DNA from: Ylistrum balloti
Taxonomy: Eukaryota
Direction of reading: 5' to 3'
NCBI RefSeq assembly: GCF_031769215.1
Contig: NW_026782650.1
Coordinates: 496,001 to 560,000, forward strand
DNA: 64,000 bases
Shown: one piece after another, positions 12,851-28,100 of the stretch
How positions within the stretch are numbered: the first letter of the stretch is position 1
Layout: each line of letters opens with the position of its first letter
The notes under the pieces: model-generated
Databases searched by the model: none
What the model was told of the DNA's origin: nothing
The model's input: only the letters and a program-made list of their open reading frames with translations
Made by a program: the position numbers and the translations under genes

Positions 12851-15800
12851 ATTGTTACACTGACCAATCTGGTCAAGCGATACGGTCCGAAAACCTTCCA
12901 GTCAAGACTGTCCTTAATACAACGGATCAGATTTGATATCCTCTTCCCTTGTCAGAGTCGTGACGTTTGTGTGACGTCAGTGACATATTCCGGAAATCGA
13001 GTGGAATTATCACAATGAAGCCAACAGACGACAATGTTGTTGGCCTGTCTGCGGGTTTCGCTTTTTTGATAGAAGTCCATCAACTTGTCTAATTTATAAG
13101 AACTTATTCAGATGAGAGGAATCCTAATATCCTGTAATTGTCTACCATTCTATCTATTTCTATCATTATTTAGGTAAACCTGTTGTTTACACAAACATGT
13201 TTCAATATGTTTCCATTGAAATTGGTTTTTCAGCTTAAAGTTTGAGTTGATCTCTTAACCAAGTCCGAAGATCTGACCATCGGGATGAAGGTGACCATTA
13301 TCTGAGCGACAATTCATACTTAGTCCTATCACGTAAATCGATAAAAGAAACCTTGTACGCCATCTTGTTTTCTCCCAAACTAATCGTTATATAAGATAAA
13401 CTTCAACGAAATTTATTATCAGGTGTCATAGAACTTCGCTCTCATTCGTTGTTTTTTTCGTTTTGTCTCCTTTGAAAGACAGCGGTGCCATTTATCCTGA
13501 AGGGTATCAGTCATTTGTAAAAGTGTAACGATAAACACGACAGTAAAAAGCTAACTGTCGCCTGGCGATCCTTTAGTATGACACAGTAATTAGTCTTACA
13601 GATATACCCATTACAACGGATGTGTATACTTAAACTTTTGCCCTCTATCTCGCAAGATATCTTGCTCATCTTGAAACTCATAAATCCTAAAATAGTTTGT
13701 CTAGACAGAATTACACCACACCGGTAATAAACAAATGCTTATTTTTCTCAAATACAGTTAATATTATCTACGTGATTTACTTAGCATATCTACAAAAAAT
13801 GACGTGTGGTACCTACTTTCGCGAGACCCAGTTTGCAATTGGCAAATCCCGCCGATAAGGACCTTTGTGAATGATATATATGAACACTAGAATGTCCCAA
13901 CACCAGCAACCGGCATGATTATTAGAGAGGTATGATGATGCATATCGTGGGTTCTGGAACGCCATCACCTCACTATCATAACGTGTCGCTGGACTAAGGC
14001 CTTACAATATTGATACCGGCTCTGTTGTTGTCGGTAGACATGGAAACGTGGGGCTCTAATGTATGTTACATATGTAAAACGCTATAAAATCGGTATCATT
14101 TTGCACATGTTCAACCAATCCATTCGTTATTCTTGTCTCAAAATTTACAATCAATTGGAACATATTTAATGTTCATTAAATTTTCACAGCAGGTATTTCT
14201 TTTTTTAAATAGTAATGTTCAAATACGATATTGGCAGACGATGAAAACGTCGTTCTGTATTATCGATGACATGAAAACTTGTAACATCACTATGATAGGG
14301 AACATGTCTACTGGCAATGAAATGTAATTGTACACCACAGAAATCAATCAGTTTTCGCTCAATTGTTTTATCACCAATTCGAAAAAATACGTAAAATTGC
14401 ACATCATTTTCACTAACTTTACAGACACATGTCACATTCTCTCTCTGGATAATGCAGTTGTCTGATTTCCTTCAGTATCTTTTGTTCAAAAATTCAAGAA
14501 GCCATTTAAACAAGTGAAGACGGTAAGACTTAGTTAACACAGCATTACGACGACAGCAGTTTGTCATTCATCTATCTGTTTGAAACCTGGATATTGTCTA
14601 TCTACTTATATACTCATTAATGTCCTGTTTTCCAATCAATGTGAACATTAAGAACCAAGTTTGTCGGGAAGAAATCCTTGACGTTTCAGTTGAGATTTAA
14701 GTGATGTTATTTACACCTAGTGTAAACATCGATCTCAATTGGTATTGTAATGTAAGCTATAAGACAGGGGATGCGTTTCAAATATTCAGGATGATTCAGT
14801 AGTAATTATATAATGTCATTTTAACATGTTCCGTATCAGCTTTCTATTTCATCATAAACCGTATACATCTGTGTAGCTTTGGGTAATTCTGTTTCTGTAT
14901 CAATACATACGTTGCGCCTGATAAACGCCGACCTGTAAGTAACTGTAATACAATCTGTGTCGGATCACTGTCGACCCGTATAGAAGTGTTCCCCAGAGAC
15001 CCGTGCAGTAATGACCCTATATGTCGTATTTCCTATCAGATCATTGGGTTTACGTTGGCCTACTTACAGTCCAACATTTGATAGACTGGTCGAGTGGTCA
15101 TTTCATTTCTCTTGACCCTTCTTTTCCGTACCTTGTAATTACGTGTTGAAATATTTGCTCTCCCTGAAGGGGTCAAATAAACATACAATGTATCACAACT
15201 AGTGCCTCATTGGTGATTAATACAGATCTAATTCTTCCCCCACCCAATACACCTTTAATTGTACTTAAAGTCTATTTCCACTGCTAGGTATATCGACGGA
15301 TATAGTCTACGTGTCACAAGATCCATACAACCTTGGCCCTTGTGACTAGGGAACGCATTTGAATTTTATATTGACGTTGCAAGAACCCAGAATAGATTCC
15401 ACCAACAGCAATGTCTAGTATCAATGTAAAAAACCCGGATGATACTGATATTCCAAAGGTCTGTACGTCTGATAGATATGCTAATTAGACGATGCAGTAA
15501 AATCTATGGATTTCTCTGTATGTGTGGTGAAGGAAAACAAACTAGATCAGGTGTATGACGTAAGTAATAGAATGTCATAATCATGTTGTTTATGAAGTTA
15601 ATTACACCTAAAATACAAAGCATATATTGTTTCATATTTTCGTCATGTGGTTCACATTTTGTTCAAAATAGTTGTTTTTCGTTTTTGTTAATTTGTTTGT
15701 TTGTTTGGGTTTTTTTTGTCTTGTTTATCACTTCAATATGTATTGCATCGTGTTGTATACATATGTCTTACATATCATTGGTTTTGCTGGACTTCATTTT

Positions 15801-15920
15801 ACCAGGCTTTTAGAAATAAAGAATAGTCAGGACTGATCATGGATGATGTTCTGTAGAGGACAAAAATAAGTTTACTGTATTACTATGTAGGTAATATTGT
15901 CGGTATCGCTCGTGATCGGT

Positions 15921-16833
15921 AGTCTGACATCCTAAATAATACATCGTGGTCAGTATTCTGACATCGTAAACAATCTCTCGTGGTCAGTCTGACATCCAAA
16001 GCAATGTCTAATGGTCAGTTGTCTGACGTTCTAAACAATGTCTCGTGGTCAGTCTGACATCCTAAGCAATGTATCGTGGTCAGTCTGACATCCTAAGCAA
16101 TCTCTCGTGGTCAGTCTGACATCCTAAGCAATGTATAGTGGTCTGTTGTCTGACGTTCTAAGCAATCTCTCGTGGTCAGTCTGACATCCTAAACATTGTC
16201 TCGTGGTCAGTTGTCTGACATTCTAAACAATCTCCCGTGGTCAGTATACTGACATCCTAAACAATGTCTCGTGGTCAGTTGTCTGACATTCTATACAATG
16301 TCTCGTGGTCAGTTGTCTGACATCCTACACAATGTCTCGTGGTCAATATTCTGACATCCTACACAATGTCTCGTGGTCAGTATTCTGACATCCTACACAA
16401 TGTCTCGTGGTCAATCTGATATCCTAAACACTGTCTCGTGGTCAGTTGTCTGACATCCTAAACAATCTCTCGTGGTCAGTTGTCTGACATCCTAAACAAT
16501 CTCTCGTGGTCAGTTATCTGACATCCTAAACAATGCCTCGTGGTCAGTTGTCTGACATCCTAAACAATCTCTCGTGGTCAGTTGTCTGACATCCTAAACA
16601 ATCTCTCGTGGTCAGTTATCTGACATCCTAAACACTGTCTCGTGGTCAGTTGTCTGACATCCTAAACAATCTCTCGTGGTCAGTTGTCTGACATCCTAAA
16701 CAATCTCTCGTGGTCAGTTGTCTGACATCCTAAACAATGTCTCGTGGTCAGTTGTCTGACATCCTAAACACTGTCTCGTGGTCAGTTGTCTGACATCCTA
16801 AACAATGTCTCGTGATCAGTCTGACATCCTAAA
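15921..16833. repeat. 34-nt (30-nt variant) minisatellite (TCTGACATCCTAAACAATCTCTCGTGGTCAGTTG)
   Basis: Periodicity read directly; degenerate on the left, homogeneous on the right. Confidence 0.95.
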
Positions 16834-17642
16834 CCAGTGTTGTTGATTGACCGGACGTAAACGCCATTATCGCATTCTTTCAACATCACAGGGTAATATC
16901 ATGTTATGATTCCTAATTAGTTGAACGTTTGATTAAGAGGTTATAAGTTCAGGTTGGAAAATGCAAATAAACATATTATGCGTCATTAGTCTCTGCCCGG
17001 TATCAGTTTCGGAATACATGGATATTACTCTTTATTTACTGTAATTATTACAGAATTCCATTAATAAACATATAACTGTTTAAGAAGTCACAAATAGCCA
17101 TATATGTCCTGGAGAATTATACGTTTCTGTTTGTAGGATTATAACAGTTCGGATAACAAGATTACTCCAGTCAGGTAATATTGATTTACGGGATTGTCGG
17201 GATATCTGTCTTGATACTATCATTATATATTTAAGATCATTTGAATTTTACATACTTCCAAAATACTACCCTAAAGTTGTTTGTAAATAGGTTTACACTG
17301 ATATATATAACAAGATATAGCTCGCTCCTAAGGATTTTTGTGTGAAAGCTAACGAACTTCGTCACAACACAAGAAAGTCAAATTTTGTTAGCATTACAAA
17401 CATAAAAACGATTTGTGTGACCTATCTATGTGTCATCGTACAGAGTGATACAGTTTGGGTAGGTATATATTGATAGTATCAGTACAATTTATACAAATAA
17501 TCATGCCTCGGTCTGGTAAGAATGGCACGCCATCCATCTACTACGTATATTCAGTGAATGAAATATCGTTCTCATGTAACTGGGTTTCACGTATATCACA
17601 TCCATGTTGCTGTATCGTGCTAGCTTATGGCATATGTTACAT

Positions 17643-18290
17643 TGTAGTGTTTCACGTTTTACCTTGTAGTGTTTCACGTTTTACCTTGTAATGTTTCACG
17701 TTTTACCTGGTAGTGTTTCACGTTTTACCTTGTAGTGTTGCATGTTTTACCTTGTAATGTTTCACATTTTACCTTGTAATGTTTCACGTTTTAGCTTGTA
17801 ATGTTTCACGTTTTAGCTTATAGTGTTTTGCGCTTTACCTTGTAGTGTTTCGCGTTTTTTCACGTTTTACCTTGTAATGTTTCACGTTTTACCATGTAGT
17901 GTTTCACGTTTTACCTTGTAATGTTTCACGTTTTACCTTGTAGTGTTTCACGTTTTACCTTGTAATGTTTCACGTTTTAGCTTGTTGTGTTTCACGTTTT
18001 AGCTTATAGTGTTTTGCGTTTTACCTTGTAGTGTTTTGCGTTTTACCATGTAGTGTTTCACGTTTTAACATGTAGTGTTTCACGTTTACCATGAAGTGTT
18101 TCACGTTTTACCTGGTAGTGTTTCACGTTTTACCTTGTAATGTTTCACGTTTGTAGTGTTTCACCTTTTGCCGTATAATTTTGAACGTTTTACTGTTTCA
18201 CGTTTTAATACTTGTGCTGGCTGAGAACACGTTACCTCATAGTGTTCAACGTTTTACCTTATAGTGCTCAACGCTTTACTGTTTTGTGTT
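17643..18290. repeat. 22-nt minisatellite (TGTAGTGTTTCACGTTTTACCT)
   Basis: Periodicity read directly; decays rightward. Confidence 0.93.
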
Positions 18291-18805
18291 TTAACATTGC
18301 TAGAATGTATGTGTTGTGCTGGCTTAGGATACATGATATCTTAACATGAATTGTACTTTACAAAAAATTCCAATTATAGATATGTATTAATTATGTTTGT
18401 ATACAAATCGTGATGAAAATTAAAACGTGACACGATCATTGGATGTTTATTAACACATCTCGATATATACATAGATTACTTATAAATAAAATAAACATGG
18501 AGTGAAACATCGACAAACAAACGAGGTTTTATAATTGTAATATATATCTGTATTATTCACGATCTCGATATTATTCATAAAGTTTTATCAGCAAACAAAC
18601 TGTATATAAAGGGTTGGTATCTTACATTACAATCTTGTGGGTAGTTCTGGAGAACGTGACATTTTGTTCAAGATAGGAGTTCTAGGATCAGGCTGTAAAA
18701 TCATGAAATATCCTTATGTTGCCGGCCTTGACAGACCTCTAGTGATTTGATTGGATGAACTCTCGTGTATTTGATAGTTCCGAGACTGTTCATGCACAAT
18801 CTTTC

Positions 18806-18984
18806 TGTGTCTCAACACAAACTCTCGCGTAATCTTTCACACTGAGACATTTCCAACACAAACTCTCACGTGATCTTTTGTACTGAGACAGTTCCAACAC
18901 AAACTCTCGCGTGATCTGTGACACTGAGACAGTTCCAACACAAACTCTCGCGTGATCTATGACACGGAGATAGTTCCAACACAG
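18806..18984. repeat. 41-nt tandem repeat, ~4.5 copies
   Basis: ACTGAGACA recurs at 18841, 18882 and 18923. Confidence 0.9.
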
Positions 18985-19869
18985 TTACGATCTTATACCT
19001 TTGTTGTGTGACATTAAAAGTACACACTGTAGCACTCTCTGGCTCCACTGCCTTGTTTTGAGTCTTGTTGTTGCGTCAGTGTTTTAACCATTCCTTCACG
19101 ACACTACACCCTCTCTCCATGATACCCTACACGTGAGTGGTGTATTTATCTGTAACTCTCCTAAAAAAGTAATTTAATCTGTGGAAAATGCACATGCAGA
19201 ACTCAATCCTTTCAAATGCTTGATAACGATTGTTTGATCCGAGGAGATCACAGACAAATCCAACCGGCAATACTGTTTATGCATTCGTTCCATATGAAAT
19301 ATGTACTGACGATGTAATAATACGAACCGAGCTGCTACTGACAGGCTGTGTTTTTACATGTTAAGGAAGATAGAGAACGCGAATGTGATAATACAGATAT
19401 TGTTTCAAATATACTTTAAATTTGTTTTCAATATGAAATAATACGCATGTTTAAGACATTGACAGTCATTTTGAATTTTTTCCTGGCGTCATCAGGTCAG
19501 ATGCGGAAACATCGCAGCAACGGTTGACGATGATTGTCAATATCCATTTGTCGTACTGCCATATTTGGAGTCAGCTTTTAGCTAATAATATTGAAAGACT
19601 GGGATCTGATTTCATGTTTCTTTAACATAAATTACCGTTATAATAAACACTACGGCTAATTAAACCCGGAGAGAATATCAAACCCATTACACAGGTCAAT
19701 AACTGCAGAACCAAGTTTCGGTAGAAGTTCGATGTGTAACATTGCTTGTGAGAGTTTAACAGAAAACCATACATACATATTTAAAATCAATACTTGAGGC
19801 CGTGATTATTGCGCGGTTATTGATTCGGTCTACTGAATTACGAATAAAAGTAAAGTTGGGTCGGACCTT

Positions 19870-20340
19870 CCTCTCTACACGTGCGTAGGTGTACAAACCA
19901 CGCCCATCTGGTACACGTGGACACACGTGCATGTATACAGATGATTATTGAATCAGAGTCGCATGGGTGACAGTTGTAGGAATCACATTTCAAGGTGTTG
20001 ATTGAAATTATTGTTTAGAATTTTCAAATAAGAATTTTCGCTCGTTTTTACTAATCTGTTAGCATGGAAAAACTGACCCATGTAAACAGTCAGCTGTGAG
20101 TGAAGATGGGAGATATGATGTGTTTACGTCATGTGTTTTAACACGTCTATAAATATACGCTTACACGTGATACATGTATGTTGCTACAGTATATAAGTCC
20201 AGAAAGTAAGTGTTCTATAACTTTCCCACGATTATCACAGACCACGGCGGACATACTTCATTTACATTCTAAAACGAGACTCACAAATTCGGAGGTACAA
20301 TAAATGCTTACTTCGTCATTTCTCCGTTCTGATGGTAAGT
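19870..20340 (+). promoter_or_regulatory. Candidate GPCR promoter and non-coding first exon
   Basis: CACGTG at 19878, 19914, 19924 and 20164; TATAAATA at 20148; TATATAAG at 20190; perfect donor GTAAGT at 20335, about 1.4 kb upstream of the ATG. Motif evidence only. Confidence 0.3.
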
Positions 20341-21763
20341 TTGTACTTGTTACACTGTAAAATTTGGCACATTTAAGGTAGTCAGCAGGCCTTTAGTTAT
20401 ACAAACCTGATCAAACGGCAACCTGACTAATTTAACGCTCTCATTCTGGTACGTATCAAAAAGTTTCTCTCATCTTGGAAAGAAATGCAGTATCAGTGTC
20501 CAACCTGAGGACCATTTACAGAGAAATATTGGTTTGCTGAGAATGGTCAGTATCGTGCCGAAGTCTTGGTCAGTGTCCTTGGCGCACTATTGAAAATAAC
20601 GTTTGATTTACTTATTATTATTACGATGTGTTTATTTCCGGACACCGACTATTTCATACGCCACTGTATTGATCGGAACAGAGGTCCAGACATTGACCAG
20701 CTGACCACGTGACCACTGATTAGAGGTGCCTTGGTTGTTATGTAATGTGACAATAATGTCTGATTGTATAATATTGTTTACTATCGCCGTCAAATGGTCA
20801 ACAGATACACCATAGTGTGATCACAGAAAGGGGTCCGGTCTGAAATTCTTCACTAGTTCAGGTTGGAAATACTTAGGAAACTCGTATCAGTGTAGACTTC
20901 AGGATTCTTTATAAATCTAATGAGGTCTAGATTGATTCCTTAGACAAGCACTGCCACTAAAATCACTGTGATTTGTACTCCTTCAGTTATCAATAAGGTC
21001 ATGTTTTAATTGGTTTAAATCACAAAATAGTGATAAAATACCTTTTTGATATTTTTTTCATGTAAATGGAATATACAACTATTGCCTTTTTGCTTGAAAA
21101 CTATTGTGGTTAAAATTGAAGTGGAGCCAATACTTCTAAAACAGTCTATAATTTTATTTAAAGCTTTTAACGATCAGCGTTCGGTCAAAGATTAAACATT
21201 GATGTATTTGATATTGACTAATGTATGTTTCTAGGGCATCGGGCAGCTTTGCATGAAGGACTTTTACATTTGTATATTGCAGGTGCTTATCTTGATACAA
21301 GCTGTCGTGATTTGGGCAAGGTAAATACACCACCATCCTGTGACGACCTGGATATACCTAATATTACAGCTATTTTATAGTCTGTTAAACTAAATGGGGT
21401 GACCTAGCTATCTGAGTGCTGAGAGCAAATTAGCGGAAATTTAATAACACACAGTAAGTATAGAGAACATCTACCTGTGTGCTTTAGATGGAGTAAAACC
21501 ATAAGCATCTCTGAGGAATACTCACACGTCACGTCACTTTCTGCGGATGGACACAGTGAGGTGAAGAGTCATGCGTGTTCTTGCGCTACAGCTTGTCCTG
21601 TCAATATGGCTCTTCAATGAAATACTGATGAAATATATTCCAAAATGGTGTTAAACAATTTTGATGCCTTGGTAAATATCTTACTTGGATTGGTGATAAA
21701 AAGCATCAAGCAATTGGAGATAGCAGTAAATAAGTTTGGATAACCGATGTCCCACTGTGTGAT

Positions 21764-22097
21764 ATGATACCCATCATGTCCAACAACAATGACACCCTAC
21801 AACGACTGGCGGCATTAGATACCTACCCTGTGGTGACCATTCTGGACACTACTCTAGGGAATGTTACAAATAGTTCTGTATCAGCTGAGGAACTCCTCTT
21901 GGCTCGTATGGGACCACGGCGGAAGGATATGACTTCTGTTATCTTTCTTCTCGTCATTTATTTGTTGATATTTGTGTCAGGAACGTTTGGGAATATCTGC
22001 ACGTGCATTGTGATAATTAAAAACCATTACATGCAGACCACAACGAACTACTTCCTGTTCAGTTTGGCTGTTTCCGATGTCCTCATACTTATATTCG
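21764..22097 (+). CDS. Class A GPCR, neuromedin U / pyrokinin / CAPA (PRXamide) receptor family, coding exon 1 (N-terminus, TM1, TM2)
   Basis: N-terminus has N-glycosylation sequons. TM1 contains GN (VSGTFGNICTCIVI); TM2 reads MQTTTNYFLFSLAVSDVLILIFG. Donor g|GTAAGG at 22098, phase 1. The start could be ATG 21764 or 21776. Confidence 0.93.
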
Positions 22098-23840
22098 GTA
22101 AGGAGGATTTTTATATTCATTTTACCTCTTTTTACTTTTGTTGTCATAATTATCTTTAAACCTTGGTATAGGAGGTTGATTCTGTGTATTTTAAATTAAA
22201 AAATAACAAAAATATGTATAATTTTATACATCCAATACACAAAATGGAGCCTCCTTGAATGAAATTTCCTGCCACACTTTTGAATTTTATAAATGCATCA
22301 ATTTTAAGTTAAAAACAGTAAGTAACTAATATACATTTCCCAATAAAGGTAATGACAGTCCTGTAATTTGAAATGTAAATTATCGGCGGTGTCTGGTATT
22401 CTATATTTTCAAGCCTCTGTTGCAAAGGCGCGAAACTCGACAACAAATACGTCTATATTGTATTAGAGTATTATTTGTGTTTTGAAATATTGACGACCAG
22501 TTCTGAGCTACAGAGAAATAGTTGTCATCATCAACAGATTTAGAAAGAACAGAAGAAGGGACATACAATATAACTTAGTTACGTCCATACGATTTGAATA
22601 TGTGAGGTATTACACAACGGGGAAGTTAAATGTGAAATTAATTTTAGATGACGGGGTACTGAATTAATGTGATTGATAAACGTATTCGAGTGAGACATCG
22701 GTATTGTAGAACGATAGCCGATATGGCTTTAATGCCTTATATCGATTTCTGACAAATCTGATCGACAGTGCGATCAGTAAGTAACAACTGCTAATAAAGC
22801 GAAATGAACGTTACGTTTATAACATCACTGAAGGTTTTTTTTTTTATTTTTTTATTCATTTTTTTTTTTTTTTTATCTTTTTTTATTTTCACTAGAGAAC
22901 CCGAATATGACCAGTAAACAAAAGTGACGAAATATTCCAATGACCGGAAGTTAATATTTCTTTTATTACAATTTCCGTTCAATCATCATGGTTAAGACTA
23001 TAATGTCTATTATGTAAGGCTCATATCATTATCTATGGGACTTGGGGGGAAATTAATTACGTTCGTCAATGAAATGTGACCTCTTGTTTGATGAGAAAGT
23101 GGCAGGTTTTATTTCTATTAAAACCAGACTATAAAAAGCAAGAAAACTTGAGCAACTATAGACTGATTAGATTCTTTATATCAGATTTACGACAAAGTCA
23201 GGAAATTGTTTTACTGAACACTTTCCTTGTCAGTGTCAATATTTCAAAGCCAGTGTCATATTTGTGAACTTTGGTTGATCTTTTTTTCGATGTTGGTATA
23301 AGCCTCAACGTCAACAAAGGTCTGGGAAGACGTTTATCTGTCGGTACAGTGACACATTTACATACATAGCTGGCTGATGGAAGTTGTTACAAAATCGTCA
23401 ATATTTATTCAATGAATCAGAATTAGTATGTGTCACAACGGGAGGCGACCGATGTTTATGGACTTGAAGACTTCCCTCCATTTAACCCTGAAACATTTTT
23501 GAAATCTGTGATTAAACAAAACAAAGCCATTTTGACTTTATATATCAGCATTATGTTTACTTCGAATTATATTTTTAAAATATGAGACAGTAGGGAATTT
23601 CAATGGCTACGTTCACAGTATCAGATAAAACTCCTGAAGATATTGAGGGACAGAAGGAGTGTATATATATTAACAGAGAAATACTCAAACAAGTTTATAT
23701 ATGATATATACGTATAAGTCAATATTTGTTCTGGCCATTCAATGACCAGAATGACCGAATTGGTACCTAACTGTAACAAGTGTACCTATCGTTTGTTAAA
23801 TTGTGTTCAGTGGGTAACACTCCTGTCCAAATAGTTTCAC

Positions 23841-25185
23841 AGTTAACACTGCTGTAAGTTCCATACATAACATTCCTGTTCACAGTGCCACAGTTAACAC
23901 TGCTGTACATAGAGTGCTATAGTTAACACTGCTGTACATAAAGTTCTATAGTTAACACTGCTGTACATTGAGTGCCATAATTAACACTGCTGTACATTGA
24001 GTGTCATAGTTAACACTGCTGTAAATTGAGTGACATAGATAACACTGCTGTACATAGAGTGCCATAGTTACCACTGCTGTACATTGAGTGCCATAATTAA
24101 CACTGATGTACATAGAGTGCCATAGTTACAACTGCTGTACATTGATTGACATAGTTAACACTGCTGTACATCGAGTGCTATTGTTAACACTGCTGTACAT
24201 AGAGTGACATAGTTAACACTGCTGTACATAGAGTGACATAGTTAACACTGCTGTACATAGAGTGACATAGTTAACACTGCTGTACATAGAGTGACATAGT
24301 TAACACTGCTGTACATTGAGTGTCATAGTTAACACTAATGTACATTGAGTGCCATGGATAACACTGCTGTACATAGAGTGCCATAGTTACCACTGCTGTA
24401 CATTGAGTGCCATAATTAACACTGATGTACATAGAGTGCTATAGTTAACACTGCTGTACATTGAGTGCCATAATTAACACTGCTGTACATTGAGTGTCAT
24501 AGTTAACACTGCTGTACATTGAGTGTCATAGTTAACACTGCTGTACATAGAGTGACATAGTTAACACTGCTGTACATAGAGTGACATAGTTAACACTGCT
24601 GTACATAGAGTGACATAGTTAACACTGCTGTACATAGATTGCCATAGTTAACACTGCTGTACATAGAGTGTCATAGTTAACACTGCTGTACATCGAGTGA
24701 CATAGTTAACATTGCTGTACATAGAGTGCAGTATTTAACACTGCTGTACACAGAGTGACATAATTAACACTGCTGTACATAGAGTGACATAGTTAACACT
24801 GCTGTACATAGAGTGTCATAGTTAACACTGCTGTACATTGAGTGTCATAGTTAACACTGCTGTACATCGAGTGCTATTGTTAACACTGCTGTACACAGAG
24901 TGACATAATTAACACTGCTGTACATAGAGTGCTATTGTTAACACTGCTGTACATAGAGTGACATAGTTAACATTGCTGTACATAGAGTGCAGTATTTAAC
25001 ACTGCTGTACATTGAGTGCTATAGTTAACACTGCTCTACATAGAGTGTCATAGTTAACACTGCTGTACATCGAGTGCTATTGTTAACACTGCTGTACACA
25101 GAGTGACATAATTAACACTGCTGTACATAGAGTGCCATGGTTAACACCTCTGTACAGAGAGTGCAATATTTAACACTGCTATAAG
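23841..25185. repeat. 29-nt minisatellite (GTTAACACTGCTGTACATAGAGTGACATA), ~46 copies, GPCR intron 1
   Basis: Periodicity read directly (for example 24241 to 24270). Confidence 0.96.
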
Positions 25186-28100
25186 TATTGGAAAACTATA
25201 GGTTAGCCAGAAGTGCTGAACTTCTTGACGGGAATAATTAAAAAACAGAAATATATGAATCATTCGAACATAAAACGCCGTTTGATCATTTCTATGGCGT
25301 TTGATTGTAAATACAGATCAAATAACAAAAAAAATATCGCTAAAACCCCTGGTTTTAACACGTACACATTGTATGTACGTTGCAGTTTTTAAAATTAATA
25401 TATTCTACAATGAACATGTTCCAAAACGTGTTACATTGAGCATTTATATATCGTTTGATTATTCATGCCTTGGGCACGGACGGTTCACTGATCATAACGA
25501 CAAAAATGTTCGTGTTATTTAATTTCCCAGATCAAACGTCGATTTGGATAAAAAAAAAAGAAAAGATTAATGAACATGTAACGGCGATGACTGATCAAAT
25601 TTTGAATATAAATTCCATTGTTGAGTATAGGCAGGTACGCACATTAGAGAGTAATATTTTGTATATCTACATATAACATCTGGTATATCAGTCGGCCGTT
25701 AGTAACAGGTTCTCCCGTATCACCTCTGATTTCTATACTCAGTGGCTTTTCATGTGACCACTCTAACAATAATGTATACTAATGTTGATGTAAAGTATAT
25801 ATACATATTTATATTGTATACACGGCTAGGTCTACAGCTCAATCGAAAATGTCTGAGACCATTATACATATGGTACTTTCATTAATGTTACAATTTGACT
25901 GATTTCCCAAAAGTCAGATAAAAATCGCGCTTTTTTGATTTCTTGAAATTCTACTGAAATGTTTATCTATCTTGGAAATGGAATTAACTTGCTTATTTAG
26001 ATTTAATTAAAATCTAATCTCTTCCACTCTTTATCCCGAAGGGTACCTCCTTCTCTGATTATACCGTTATCAGTAATCAGATGTCATATTAGTTTGAAGG
26101 ACTGTCAAGAAATTGTCAGGCCCCATTAATTCGTACATTCATGCAGACAGTTCATCTCCGAAATTCCCGATACTGTGGAAATAGTATCTTCAGTTAACAG
26201 GTTACATGTATAAAACTAGTAACATCAAGCTATGGAATACAACAATGACAGTTCTAATGTTTGTGACACAGCAGCTACATAGTTAATACAAATTTAATAT
26301 CAAATGTACTAGATATAACATGGCAACAGTCCAACATCATATGTCTGTTTTGTCGAGCTAAGACTTTTCAGTGACCGAGAAGAGTTGTGAAGAATATTCA
26401 AAAGCTTTGATAAATAAGTACTGAAATACAGTAAATGACTGGTGTTTACCAGCGGTAAAATCTTGCCACATAGTATTCTCAAAAATACAGCACCCATTGA
26501 GGTATCGCTTTGTAGTACAGTCTGTAAACTCGCTATTGAGTACAGAATATGTTATGGGATACCACATTGAACATTAAAACTTTGGTTGCATAATGCGGGA
26601 TAATTGTTGAAATTCCTAGATTTTATATAAAGGTGGTTAAACTGTGTGGAAAACGTAAGACATCTAGATGTAACTTTACGTTATCTTTATACATATATGA
26701 TGTAAATAGTAAATATAATTTTCTCAATGAATATTTTATTGTCTGACGTCATCAGTAACGACGATGCGCGAGCAATATGTAGCTACAGATGTACCGCAAT
26801 GTAAATTCATTTCGATGCACGCAGAGAAAATAAAAGATACCATTAAATAGTTTCTATTGTAAAGCCCAGCGGTAGTCAGTACTTGAGCAATGAGCGGTCT
26901 AGTGAGAGTTATGTCCCCTGCGTAAACAATGCTATTCCACATTATTTATAAAATTACAATCTTAACCCGCACTCTTTCCTTAGCTGTCATAAGATGGGTG
27001 GTGTAAGGCTGCATGTTCCATGTACGTGCGACAATGAATTCCGGATACTTGAATGCACGTGCATTGAAGTCCGTAATCATATCGTGCACGAGCTCACGTT
27101 CTGCTCATTGGATAACATAGTGTTTATGAATCGATCTGTTGTTCCTTCTCAAGAAGTCAATATTTACAGTTGTTGTGTTAACGGTCATGTTTACCGCACA
27201 CGATCCCGATATAAATAGACATAGTTTGATCACCGCTTCCTCGTGAGAGACATCTTAATCAAATTAGCACTCATGCGTACCAAAATATTTTATACGTAAG
27301 AAAGATTTTGATGTAAATATTTACCATGCTACTGAGTGCGGAAGCTTGGATCTGCCTACAGGATAAGGAGACCTGAAAATAAATTATCGTCATCTTTTAT
27401 ATGAGGACGATTAGAGGTAAAGTAGATTAGATGGAAATCGTTTTGTGTACACACTTTATGTGATGGATTAAGAAGTGAAGGATGGTATAAATCGATTTGG
27501 TTATAGCGTGTCTATCACTATGTAGTATTAAAGTGTTCATGTAGCTTTGTTGACGTGTCCTTGTCCATAATACCTCATTCTAATTTATGTCCAGCCATTT
27601 CTTTATTAAATCAAGCAATCTAATGGATTAGCTAATGTAATATTTCGGTGACTTGATAGGTTTGTTTGTGTTTTCGGGACACATTTTCTACGTCTTACGA
27701 TAACTGAATCGGTCAGTGCGCGGTGATCACTTGTCAGTCAAAGTGTGCCACGAGACATACATTTGTATATTTGTTTTGGTGACGTTTTATGGCTAGTAAA
27801 GCCAAACAAAGACGTTATCCTTAGTAAGTGAAATTCGATGGTCATTTAAAGTGCCATCACACTGAAATATCTTAATCTGGACACAGCAACATGTCACTCA
27901 GTCTGTCAGATCTTTGGATATATTACGGTCGATCTTTTGATTCTAAACATCAAACGGGAGACACACGTTTTAACTGAAATACGTATAGGTCGAAGAAAAG
28001 ACAACTTAACATTGTGTCCATTTCATATACCGCCACAGCTCCGTCAGTTGGTCTACAAAACATTTTGTGGCGGTTTGTGTTGGCCAGGAAGAGATACAGA

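Noticed and set aside
21764-22159. ORF-track C-terminal extensions of real exons (…GKEDFYIHF; also MCTTGNV… at 33291, MKSIS at 36791, …GRSYVFY at 51411)
   Set aside because: These residues lie beyond clear splice sites and are intronic read-through.
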